From Hemiscyllium ocellatum (taxonomy: Eukaryota), in assembly GCF_020745735.1 (NCBI RefSeq), contig NC_083417.1, positions 72,292,001 to 72,356,000 on the forward strand: a stretch of 64,000 nucleotides of DNA, in the 5' to 3' direction. This document shows, piece by piece, positions 36,241-48,039 of this stretch (positions are counted from its first letter, which is position 1; every line of letters begins with the position of its first letter). The position numbers and the translations under genes were made by a program. The notes beneath the pieces are model-generated. The model saw nothing but the letters and a program-made list of their open reading frames with translations, had not been told where the DNA came from and ran no database searches.

Positions 36241-38830
36241 CTGATATCCTGCATTGGTGGCGGATGTTTGTGGATGTCGTGCCAATCAAGTAAACTGCAT
36301 TGTTCTGGCTGTTATCAAGCTTCTTCAGTGTTGTTGGAGCTGCATTCATCCAGGCAAGAGCATAGTACTCCATCACACGTCTGACTTGTTCCTTATAGGT
36401 GGTGACATGCTTTGGGGCATCAGGAGGTAAGTTACGCATCACAGTATTCCTAGCTTTTGACCTATTTTTGTAGCCATTGTATTTATGTGGTGCGTCCAGT
36501 GAGTTTCTGGTCAATGATAACCATTGGCATGTTGATTATATCATGGGACAGCAGTCAGATTGTCTCTTCTTGGTGATGATCATAGCCTGGCATTTGTGTG
36601 CTGCAAATATTACTTGCCACTTGTCCGCCCAAGTCTGAATGTTGCCCAGATCTTGTTGCATTTAAACAGGGATATCTTTAGTATCTGTGGACTCATGAAT
36701 GGCGCTGAACATTGTGCAAGCATTGGGGAATATTTCCCCTTCTGAACTTATGATGGAGGGACTGTCACTGATGAAGCAGCTGAGGATGTTTGGGTCTAGT
36801 ACACCACCCTGAGGAATTCCTGCAGAGATGCCCTGGGGTTGAGATGACAGACCTTTAACCCCATGACAATCTTCTGCATATCAAGAATGACTACAACCAT
36901 CAGTGATTTTGCTCCTGACACCCATTGCTTCCAGTTTATCGAGGACTCCTCAATCCATACCCGGTCAAATCTAGCCTTAGTATCAAAGGATGTCACTTAC
37001 ACATCACTTCTGGAATAGCTCTTTTGTCTGTATTTGAACCAAGGCTGTAATGAGATCAGGAGCAAAGTGGCCCTGGCGGAACCCAAACTGGTCATCACTG
37101 AGTATGTTATTGCTGAGCAGATGCTGCTTGATAGCACTGTTGATGAAACCCTCCATCACTTTAATGATGATCCAGATTAGACTGATGGGGAAGTAATTGG
37201 CCAGATTGGATTTGTTTTTTTTTATGCACAGGACATACTTGGAAGAAAGTGAGGACTGCAGATGCTGGAGATCAGACTCGAACAGTGTGGTGCTAGAAAA
37301 GCACAGCTGGTCAGGTAGTATTTGAGGAGCAGGAGAATCAATATTTTTTTCATAAAGAATGACATACTTGGGCAATTTTCAACATTGTTGGGTAAATGCC
37401 AGTGCTGTAACAGCTCGGGTATAGGAGAAGCAAGTTCTAGTGGACAAGTCTTCAATGCTGATGCTGGAATGTTGTCAAGGTCTATAGCCTTTGGAGTATC
37501 CAATGCCTCCAACCGTTTCTTGATATCACGTGGAGTGACTTAAATCGGCTGAAGACTGGTATCTATAATGATAGGAATTGCTGGATGAGGCCATGATGAA
37601 TAAGTAACTCGGTATTTCTGGTTGAAGATTGCTATGATTTCCTTAGCCTTATCTTTTGAATTAATGTGCTGGGGTCTTCCATGATTGAGGGAGATATTTG
37701 TTGAGTCTCCTTCTCCAGCGATTTATTTAATCATCCATCAAAGTTCACAACTGGCAGGACTGCAAAGTTTAGATGTGATCTGGTAGTCATGGGAATACTT
37801 AGATCTTTCTACCACTTTCTGCTTATGTTGTTTTGCATGCATGGAATTCTGTTTGGTGGCTTCATCGTGTTGACATTCCATCTTCAGCTATGCCTGGTGC
37901 TGCTGCTGGCATGCCCTCCTGCTCTCTGCTGCTGGCATGCCCTCCTCCTGATCTAGGGTTAATCCCCTAGCTTGATGGCATTGGTTGAGTGGGGGATATG
38001 CCGTGCCATGAGATGACAGATTGTACTGGAGTACTGTTCTACTGTTATTGCTCATCCACAGTGCCTCAAAGATGCCCAGTCTTTAGTTGCTAGATCTATT
38101 CAAAGTCCCATTTAGCACAGCGATATTGTCACACAACACAATGGAGATTTTTCTCAATGTGAGGGTGGGACTTCATTTCCACAATGTCTGTGTGGTTTTC
38201 AGTATAATCAATACTGTTATGGATAGATTGATGAGGATAAGGTCAAACATGTTTTTCGCTCTTGATGGTTCCATCACCACCTGCAACAGATCAAACCTAG
38301 TAGCCATGTCCCTTAGGACCCGACCAAATCAATCAGTAGTATTGCTGCAGAGCCACTCTTGGTGATGGACATAGAAATCCCCCACCCAGAGTACATTTTG
38401 GGCCCTTGCCATCCTAAATGCTTCCTCTACGTGATGCCAACATGGACCAATACTGATTCATCAGATGAGAATGACTGTACGTGGTAATCAGCAGGAGATT
38501 TCCTTAACTATGTGGAGCTGAAGTCTTGAGCCTTGTGGGGTCAGTAGTCAATGTTGACGACTCCCTGAGAAACTCTCTTTTGAGGATGGTGTTGAGTGGT
38601 GCCTGGGACATCGTCAGTAAAGAATGAAACAATGAGTATGACAAAGGCAGACTGATGCTCGAATAGTCTGTGAGATTGCTCTCCCAATTTTGACACTGGC
38701 ACTGAGATGTTAGTAAGGAGGACTTTCCAGGGTTGACAAGAGTCTTTCTACCATTGTCTGTTCGGTTACCTGGCTTGCACAATAAGAATCCAATCATACA
38801 TGCAGCAGGTTGATGCAAAATGTGGTTGGT
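36240..38830 (-). mobile_element. CR1-group (L2/Crack/Daphne-like) LINE ORF2, about 2.6 kb, degenerate
   Basis: RT motifs NYFPISL...SDDQFGFRQGH, FDTKARFDRVW and YKEQVRRVMEYYALAW. A Penelope-type repeat is nested at about 37245-37345. Confidence 0.85.
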
Positions 38831-39085
38831 TAGAGGAAGAATAGAGACAGAGGTGACACAGCGAGAAGACCGAGAACCAGCTAAACATCTGAGTTCAAAA
38901 TACGACATGATCAGTGTGTTAAATACTAGATTTTAGGGAAACAAAAAATTGTAAGGAATAAGCAAATTCTGAGCAGGTGCATAAGGGAATTCTTATAGTT
39001 GATTTGGAATCAAGTAAAATTAAAAGTGATTATGAACTGTTGAACGATCCGCCGGAACACACTCATGCACTAATATACACATAGA

Positions 39086-39415
39086 TATCATAGAATCACT
39101 ACAGTGTGGAAACAGGCCATTTGGTCCAACAAATCCACACTGACCCTCCAATGAGTAACCCAACCAGACCCATTCCTCTATCTTACAGTTCCCTCTGACT
39201 AACGTACCTAACCTATATCTCTGAACATGATGGGTAATTTGGTATGGCCAATTCGCTGAACATACACATCTTTGGATAGTGGGGGGAAATCAGAGCACAC
39301 AGAGAAAACCCACGCAGACACGGGGAGAATGTGCAAACTCCACACAGGCAGTCTCCAGAGGATGGAGTTGAATCCAGGTCTCTAGCACTGTGAGGTGGCA
39401 GTGCTAACCACTGAG
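39086..39415 (-). mobile_element. HE1-type SINE (older)
   Basis: Full head-core-tail on the minus strand. Confidence 0.8.
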
Positions 39416-40219
39416 TGACTGTGTCACTCTGCAGCCATACCACGTCAAGAATATATGTGACAATCATTCCACCAGAACAAGGTAAGCTCTCATCAAAACT
39501 TAGCACAAAAACATATGACCCAAAAGTAGTACCAACACACTTTGTCTTTCATGCACAGACAAATAGCACCAGGTACTCACATAAGATATGCACAGGCATA
39601 TTAGCCAAAAACACAAATAAATTGTAACAAGCTATAACGAGAAAATATACTAATTTATGTAATACATACCTGACATAAAAAATTGAGTAATTCATGGGGA
39701 CCCTCTCCTCAGCAAAACTATTGGATGTCTCCACGGAAAGATTTTACGAGTGCGGATGTTACACATGCAGATCCACATGTGCTCCAACAAAACTACTACT
39801 CAATTAACGACTATGATATCACTCAATTGCCAACAACTGAATTAAATGATAACTAGGAGTGGGATTCATGAAAAATACGATGACTAGGTAGGTGACACTT
39901 ATGAGTAGCACTCCTCAGCAATATTGTATAGCATTATCACCTGGAGCCGTAATGCGATGCCAGCAGAAACTCTGAGCAATGACCAGCAAAACCGAGTTTC
40001 CCCCCAAAAGGAAGACACGGTCACCAGCATCACTGAACACTCATTGGGATCACCATCAAAAGTTAAGTAGTGTGAAGTTACAGCAACAGAAGTACTTAGA
40101 CATCAGGAAAAAAAAAACTCATTGTAGGAATTGTCATAATCAATGGGGAAAAAAATCAGATCAAAAGCAAATTTTCCATCATAAACAGTTGAAAGCAGAC
40201 ACGAAAATATACAAAGAAC

Positions 40220-41620
40220 AGCAAAGAACAAATTAAATTACAGCACAGGAATATGCCCTTCGGCCATACAAGTCTGTGCAGATCCAGATCGTCTATCTAA
40301 AACTATTTTCTAAGGGTCTGCATCCCTTTGCTTCCTGCCCGTTCATTTATCTGTCCAAATGTATCTTAAATGATGCTATTGTGCCCGCCTCTACCACCTC
40401 CACTGGTAACGTGCTCCAGGCATCCACCAGCCTCTGCATAAAGAACTTTCCACGCATATCTCCCCTAAACTCTTCCCCTCTCAATTTGAGTATGTGACCC
40501 ATTATAATTGAGATCTCCACTCTACGAAAAACAAATCTTGACATCCATCCTGTCTATACCTCTCATAGTTTTGTAGACATCAGGTCCCTGCTCAACCTCC
40601 ATCCTTCGAAGGCAAATAATCCTAAAATACTCAATCTCTCTTCATTGCTAGCACCCTCCATACCAGGTGACAAGCCTGGTGAACCTCCTCTGTACCCTCT
40701 CCAAAGCATCCACATCCTTTTGGTCATGCACTACCAGAACTATGCATAGTATTCCAAATGTGGCCAAACCAAAGTCTTATACAACTGTAACATGACCTGC
40801 CAATTTGTACTCAATTACAGGAAAACATGCCATATGCCTTCTTGACTACTCTGTTGAACTGTATTGCCACTTTCAGGGAACAATAGACCTGAACACCCAA
40901 ATCTTTCTGTACATTAATATTCCCAAGGATTTGTCCACTTATCGTATAGAATTGGATCTTCCAAAACACACAATCACATTTGCCAGGATTGAACTCCATC
41001 TGGCATTTCTCCACTCAACTCTCTAATCTATCTACACTCTGTCGTATTCTCTGACAGTCCTCTTCACTATCTGCTACTCCAACAATCTTAGTGCCATTTG
41101 CGAACTTGCTAATCAGACCACCTATACCTTCCTCCAGAAAATTTATATATATCATAAACAACTGTGGTCCCCGAACAGATCCCTGTGGAGCATCACTGGT
41201 CACAGATCTTCATTTTGAGAAACTCTCCTCCACTAGTCTCTGTCTCCTATTGCCCAGGCAGTTCTTTATCCATCTAGTCAGTACACCCTGGAACCCATGC
41301 AACTTCAACTTCTCCATCAGCCTATCATGGGGAACATTATCAAATGCCTTACTGAATTCCACGTATGTGATATCTGCAGCCCTTCCCTCATCAATCAACT
41401 TTGTCAGTTCCTCAAATAATTCTATTAAGCTAGTAAAACATGACCTTGCCTGCTCAAAACCATGTTGCATGTCACTAATAAGCCCATGTTCTTCTGATTG
41501 GGAATGGATCCTATGCCTCAGTATCTTCTCCAGCAACTTCCATACCATTGGCGTAAGGCTCACCTGTCTAAAATTACCTAGATTATGCCTGTTGCCCTTC
41601 TTAATACATCGGGCACATGT
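40220..41620 (-). mobile_element. CR1 LINE 3' fragment (about 1.4 kb)
   Basis: RT motifs GNFRQVSLT, YVEFSKAFDNVPH, APQGSVRGPQLFMIYIN and KFAN. Confidence 0.95.
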
Positions 41621-41723
41621 CAATGAATGCACCGAGTTATCATCAGTACTCTGTACAGTACATAGGTCAGCAGCAGGAAAAGAACTGCTAACATTATGCA
41701 ATCCCCAGTAAAGTTCTATTGAA

Positions 41724-41972
41724 TCCCTACAATGTGGAAACATGCCATTCGGCCCAGCAAACCCACACTGAACTTCCCAACTTCATATTTTCCTGACTAA
41801 CGCACTTACCCTTCATGCCAAGTGCTTTTGCATTGCCAATTCACCTAAAATCTACATCTTTGGATTGTGGGGGTAAACCAAAGCAACCGGAAGAAACTCA
41901 CGCAGACACAGGGACCATGTGCAAACTGCACACAGTGAGGCAGCATTGCTAACCACTGAGCCACCGTGCCGC
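41724..41972 (-). mobile_element. HE1-type SINE (older, internally deleted)
   Basis: SINE head (ggcggcacggtggctcagtggttagc) and core on the minus strand. Confidence 0.75.
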
Positions 41973-42198
41973 CCTGGAAATACATGCTTGGCAGTTAGCA
42001 GAATCGTTTCCCCCAAAGAATTATTGTTTCGAGACAGACATTTGCTGAATATTTTGTTTACTTTTGGATGATGTTCCTTTCCATGCTTTCCATGAATGTC
42101 GTAAGAATCAAGTGTGCTTCTCAGTTACAGAGTGCCAGGTCAGCTGAGTGTCAGTCACGGTGTTGTGGACTCAACACCAAATCACCATTCCTTCAAAA

Positions 42199-42428
42199 TG
42201 AGTCACGGTGCCACTGAGACGAACAGCGAAGTTTCCACAGCATACAGCCATCTGAAAGCCCGAAGGTGCAGTCAAACTGGTTAATTTCACATTCTGCCAA
42301 GAGCTACAGCAATGCAGAAATGTTAAGTGGATGTAGAAATGTTCCATATTGTGGTTAAAGGTCAATGGCTGGTTGGTGGTTTGAAGTTCCACAATGTGCT
42401 TCAGCTCTGACGTCAAATGGAAACCGCA
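42199..42428 (+). promoter_or_regulatory. Candidate R2 proximal promoter: AP-1, RUNX, CRE, RUNX
   Basis: Exact consensus matches TGAGTCA (42199-42205), TGTGGTT (42350-42356), TGACGTCA (42408-42415) and AACCGCA (42422-42428), within 400 nt of the ATG at 42580. Function is inferred. Confidence 0.45.
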
Positions 42429-42579
42429 GCCTTGATGTTGGAGATTCAATTATATTTGCTCAGATTTAATGCAACACCCTGAATAGCATTTAATCTTCTA
42501 ATGCCTCTATCCATGCCGTACTTTTATGACTTTTAAGAGTGACTGAAGAAAAAGTTTGAGTTCATCGAATTTGGTCAAA

Positions 42580-42634
42580 ATGTATGGACTTGCAATATCG
42601 TGTTACCTGTCAATCTTCGGCATTTTCTACACAG
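42580..42634 (+). CDS. R2 exon 1: leader (MYGLAISCYLSIFGIFYT)
   Basis: ATG at 42580, hydrophobic, CAG|GTATAC phase-1 donor, 55 nt; 109-nt intron to the V exon. Confidence 0.85.
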
Positions 42635-42743
42635 GTATACAAAATAAACCTTGTCTGATAAATAGCAAAGTGAGCAAAGACTGTGTGGAGAAATTTGCTT
42701 CAAATCCACGCTTATATTTGTGTGTTTCTTCTTTTTCTGACAG

Positions 42744-43064
42744 ATGCCAACGAAACCCCTTTCTCTGTGACTCAAGTCCCCACATGCCTGACTGAAGTGG
42801 AAGGTATGAATGTGTCCATGTATTGTTCCATTCCGCTATTCCGTCACAACCCAGCAGTAGACGTTTACTGGCAGAAAAGCGACCAGGGCAAAACTTTGGA
42901 TCTGACTGCAGACCAAACGACAATAATGTTACCATTCAAGCAAGGATCCTCTGAGCTCCAACTGCTCAATCTACATTTCCAGGACTCCGGAATCTATTAT
43001 TGCAGCATTAGGGTCTCTGGCAGGAAGATTTTCAATAGAAATGGGACAAGGCTGATCGTACATG
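42744..43064 (+). CDS. R2 exon 2: Ig V domain with germline-joined J-like segment (NKp30-like C-terminus)
   Basis: Phase 1-1, 321 nt, ctttttctgacag| acceptor and G|GTGAGT donor. C(SMYC), W(VYWQK), DSGIYYC and FNRNGTRLIVH. Confidence 0.95.
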
Positions 43065-44496
43065 GTGAGTATCACTAAACTTTTAATGGCCAGTGTAAAC
43101 ATACACAGCCCTAAAGGGATATTTCATAGAATAAAGTAACGTGTGTTCGTTGTTCACGTCTCTTGAGTTTGCCTCGCCCCTGCAATGTCTCATGAATCAG
43201 TTAGTATCATTCAGAAAGCTTACTACTGTTCATCAATGTACTCGAATCCAGCATAACCTTTTGAAATATCTCTTATTTGTTCAAATAATTTAAAATAATA
43301 TGGACCTGATATTGCATTTATATCACAACTTGTTTGTGTGGTTTAGTGAATTTACATTCAATTGCTCCATTTGAAATCATTAAGTATTTGTGTGATGCTC
43401 TCAGGCACCTATTTGTAGCATTCTGATCCTAACTTGACGAAGAAAGGGTGCTTAGTGTTCAAGTAAGCATTCTACTGACTGCTCAGGGAAGATGGCTGTG
43501 CTCGTTATCCCTTGCGGGCTTCTCTCCTGCCTTTGTCGGTAATAAGCCCGTGGATCTGAGAGTTTGTGTTTAAGCAGGTTTGTTAAATACCGGAGAGTAT
43601 TTAGTAGGTGACGCTTACTGCAAGCTGAGTATCCCAACAATGAAGGATGGGAATAATTGCAGACCTGTGTTCGCTGAATTCAGACTGCTGTGGAATATTG
43701 TTGCAGTAATATGTGTACAGAATTTACCCGGTATGACATCATAATATTTGGTTGTAGCTGGCAAAGAGAGAACCCCTCAGAGTTTTGTTACAGCATCCAT
43801 GCAGTTTCTGGCCACACATGTCCGATTCACTGTCTGATTCAAACACAGTAAAACAGAAATTGCTATAAAAACTCAGCAGGACTGGCAGTACCTGTGGAGA
43901 GAAATCAGAGTTAACGTTTCGGGTCTAATGAATCTTCAGAACACTGAATTCTGCTTTCTATATCTGATTTTCAGTGTCTTCAATTATTTTGTTTTGTTTT
44001 TCAAACATGTAAAATTTGATTGACCTGATGTTCATTTACTTTAAAAGATCCAACATGTAGAGTCATAGAGAGTATTAGAGTATCATCGCAAAAAATAAAA
44101 TAAATGTATCAATGAAATCTTATTTGGATTCATTTAATTCATTATACTCATTGCTGAGAGAAGAGCTCCACTGTATTTATCCTGAGCACACAGTCTTTTC
44201 CAGACTTTTGATAGAACCAGTCGGGATGCAGTAATGGACTCAGCCAGGATACAGTATGGCTGAAGAAGGGAAGGTTCTGCAGGAGGGTTTATCATAATCG
44301 AAGCATTAACTCTGCTTTCTCCCCACAATGTTGCCAGTTCTGCTGAGTTTCTCCAGTAATTTCTGTTCTTGCTACAGTATGCCAATAAGTATATCACAAA
44401 ATTCGAAATGGGGGATAGATATACTGGATTGAGTGAAAATAAAACAAAGTTACACCAAAACAGCAACGTTATAAATTGCACATTAGACAATAATAT

Positions 44497-44745
44497 ATGG
44501 CACGGTGGCTCACAGTTTAGTACTGCTGCATCACAGCACTAGGAATCTGGGTTCAATTCTCTGTGTTTCTGCGTGGGTTTCCTCTGGGTACTCCTGTTTC
44601 CTGCCAAAATCCAATTACGTGCAGGCTAGGTGAATTGTCATTGCTAAATTGCTCGCAGAGTTGATGAATGTGTAGGTTAGTTGCATTAGTTAGGGGTAAA
44701 TGATAGGGGAATGGGTCTGGGCGGGTTACTCTTCAGAGGGTCGAT
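44497..44745 (+). mobile_element. HE1-type SINE (older, deleted) in the R2 V-C1 intron
   Basis: ggcacggtggctcacagtttagtactgc head and core. Confidence 0.75.
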
Positions 44746-45199
44746 GTGGTTGGATGGATTCAATTTTAAAAGAAAATTATGCGGCATGGCCTGAAGGCTC
44801 TGTTTTTTCAGCTGTGGACCTCTATAACACTATGACCACATGCACTTTGCAAGCTTATTCATTCTTAAAGCATATTTAGGCATTGTATTTGCCTAGGTTG
44901 AAGGCATTTATTTGTAGGATGGTGCAAACACTGATCAGTTACAACCAATGGAAAATTATGTTTCACATTACCTTCATTTAAATGCAATGGATTTAGAAAC
45001 AGCGATAATTATAATGACATGATAAAATATATCCATGCGTGCTAATAATTAAATGAGATCTGAAGTACAGAGATTTCTTTTCAAGCACTGGTTAGGGAAA
45101 GTTTTAGTAAAACAGAGCTAATCCCCATGCTTCAAAGTCAACTGGTAAATTTACGTTTTTGGAGCATCTATTGCTCCAACTCAATCTGAGTGTCACAGA

Positions 45200-45520
45200 A
45201 TCATAGAATAGAATCCCGTAAGTGGAAACAGTTTGTTTGGCTCAACAAATCCACACTAACCCTCTGAAGTATATCCCACCCAGATCTATTCCCCTATTTT
45301 TCCCTACTACTGCACCTCGCGTAGACATCCCAGGACACAATGAGCAATTTAGCACGACCAATTCACCTAACCTGCATGTATTTGTGACTGTGGGAGGAAA
45401 ATGGAACACACAGCGGTAACCCACGCAGACACGGAGAGAATGTGCAAACTGCACACAGTTTGATTCAGCCCGAGGTTGGAATCGAAACCTGAGAGGCAGC
45501 AGCGATAACCACTGAGCCAG
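45200..45520 (-). mobile_element. HE1-type SINE (older) in the R2 V-C1 intron
   Basis: Head-core-tail on the minus strand. Confidence 0.8.
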
Positions 45521-46149
45521 AGAGCCGCTGGAAACGAAGTGAAGCAATTTATAAAACACCCAGACATCAAACTACAACAGACAGGGAAGGCAGATGGGGT
45601 AAAGTTAATTTCAATTTACTTTTCGACAGGAATTCACTACATTCACCAGGAATGATGTCCCCGGATCTTCAAAAACACAGAACATTGGGTCAACTCTTAT
45701 TCTAATCATCGACCTACTAACTTTAATTTGTGCTGGTTGAATTGGAACAAATACTTTATTAACGCAGAGGACGAATTATAATCACAATGTGCATTTAATT
45801 CAGAAATATAATTCGGTTGGTCCTGGGAGGCATTGCTTTCTGTAGGTTCTTCCCAGCCGGACAGAATATGCGGATTTTTAATCAGCTGTCATGATCATAA
45901 GTTTGTGCAAATTAATTACTGTAATGCCATCACCAGGACAAAGTTGATGTTCATCTGAATGTAGAAGTGGACAAGCAATAAGTGTTAGCGACACTTACAT
46001 CTACTGACCGAACAAATGCAACCGAATATTTCCATGGGATTTGATTAACTTGAGCCTGAAACTGGTCCCAGTCCAATTAGTGTTTGTATGAAGACAAGCA
46101 GTAAGATAATTTACATGCTCAACTGTTTTTTTTAAATGTATTATTCATT

Positions 46150-46480
46150 CATGGACCCCACTTGTCGCTAGCTGAACCAGCATTTATTGTTCTTCCCCTA
46201 TAGTAGCCATGAGTAGGTTGTGAGGAGCTGACTTCTTGAACTACTGCGATCCGTTTGGTGCAACTAGACCCACCATACCACCGGGGAAACAATTGATCCC
46301 GTGACTCTGTGGGAACCGCGATATATTTCAAAGTCAGGTTGGTGAGTGGCTTGGCGGCACGTGTGAAGATGGTGGTGTTCCCATCTCTCTGTTGCTTCTG
46401 CACTCCCAGATGGAAGTGGCCTTTTACTTTTGCAAGCTGCTGTCGAAAGTGCCTTCGTGAGTGCACTGTGCTCACTGAAA
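46150..46480 (-). mobile_element. CR1-group LINE 3' tail fragment
   Basis: Same family as 7460-8230 (cagcatttattg; misframed RWEHHHL). Confidence 0.65.
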
Positions 46481-46608
46481 TTCCCCAACTAAAGGAATTT
46501 TCCTATTAGTTAATCTGGATTGTTCGGTGATGTCAGGTCTTCCATTCATTTTGCCGTTGTAATGTACTAATAGCGTTTTAATACCGACTCCCATCAATGT
46601 ATTCACAG

Positions 46609-46884
46609 TGCCACCAACTCCAGTGAAAATTGTTCAACTGCCTGCTCCGACCCTCACTCTCCACTGCACGACAGCTCCTTTTTTCCCAGAGGAAATTTAC
46701 GTAATTTGGTATAAAAATGATATCCTAATTACATCTGGGATCAACGCCACGAAAGTATGGAAGGAGGGGAGTTTATTTAAAGTCGCCAGCGTTCTCAATC
46801 ATCTGGAAAGCGGATCGGTTTATATGTGTCAGATTTCCCATGTAGCCCTCCAGCTCCCAGCCTGCATCAGCTACAAGATTCAGG
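46609..46884 (+). CDS. R2 exon 3: Ig C1-set domain
   Basis: Phase 1-1, 276 nt, attcacag| acceptor and G|GTGAGA donor. LHCTTAPFFP, IWYKND and VYMCQISH. Confidence 0.95.
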
Positions 46885-46944
46885 GTGAGAAATGTGAACG
46901 TTTAATATTGTTTCCACCTTCCAAATTTAGTGTAATGTGCCATG

Positions 46945-47147
46945 GCTGAAAATGTGTTGCTGAAAAAGCGCAGCAGGTCAGGCAGCATCCAAGGAATAGG
47001 AGAATCGACGTTTCGGGCAAAAGCCCTTCTTCAGGAATGCCCGAAACGTCGAATCTCCTGCTCCTTGGATGCTGCCTGACCTGCTGCGCTTTTTCAGCAA
47101 CACATTTTCACCTCTGATCTCCAGCATCTGCAGACCTCACTTCCTCC
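46945..47147. mobile_element. Young palindromic Penelope-derived insertion with a 14-bp target-site duplication
   Basis: 71-bp inverted arms (46948-47018 / 47039-47109, 3 mismatches) and a 20-nt loop. TGTAATGTGCCATG at 46931-46944 and 47148-47161. Confidence 0.9.
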
Positions 47148-48039
47148 TGTAATGTGCCATGACCTATTTGGGCCATTTTTAAATCACGATAGTGAAACAC
47201 GACACTCTCCTTTCATGGTTTTTGGGTTTCTGGGGAAGTACCTGAAAACATGTCATTATATAAACTCAGTGGTATGATTCAGAAGGCAGACTACAAATTT
47301 CGTAGCTGATGCATTTCATTCTCATGGCGTGAGTTCGCTGCGATGGGACTGCGACATTGGAGATTGATTGTACATCTGCATCAGTCTCATTTCATTTCAG
47401 AGCTTTCGTGGACTTTCTGCGTCCAGAGTGTTGCCTGATTCCAAATGACACATGCAAATGTGCTGGTCTAAGTATTGCTGAGTATCAAGTTCAAAAAGAT
47501 TTTAGTTCGATTTAAATGCGATCGAAAATTGATTTACAGTTGGGAGATTCTACAAGGTTTACTTTGGCGGTATAATCAAAGTAAACAGGGCGAATGACTA
47601 GGATGTATCGGGGTATAAACTAAGCGAGTGTAATACGGCAAGGAAAACTGGTGTGATTACATTCAGAAAACTAAAATCCTGCAATCACTGATATGATACT
47701 GTGACAAATTTTGAATACTGGTTGTCAAACATGGTCAAATCAATACAAAAATGGTTTTATTTATCTGATAATTGGTAAATAGCCATCTTGGTACTGTAAC
47801 CCTGTCCTGGGGACTTTAGGAAAACCGCAAGAACACTCACATTAAAAAAATGCTCCATGGTTACGGTGATTTCAACATTTAAAATGGATAAGCGTCAGGA
47901 TATTTTAATGACACAACGAAGGGGCCACACTGTGTACATTTAGCTTATACATACTATCCCAATCATTTCATTAAAGTCAATTGATTTTGTCCTGTCTGGT
48001 TTTGTTCATTAATGTGTGCAGGAGCGTTTCCTGACACAA

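Noticed and set aside
41091-41711. 206-aa + strand ORF
   Set aside because: Antisense shadow of a CR1 RT; the same applies to most other ORFs in the track.
6957-43064. V(D)J-rearranging locus (Ig or TCR)
   Set aside because: Both V exons already contain the J-like segment and splice directly to C1. I saw no heptamer-spacer-nonamer RSS next to either V.
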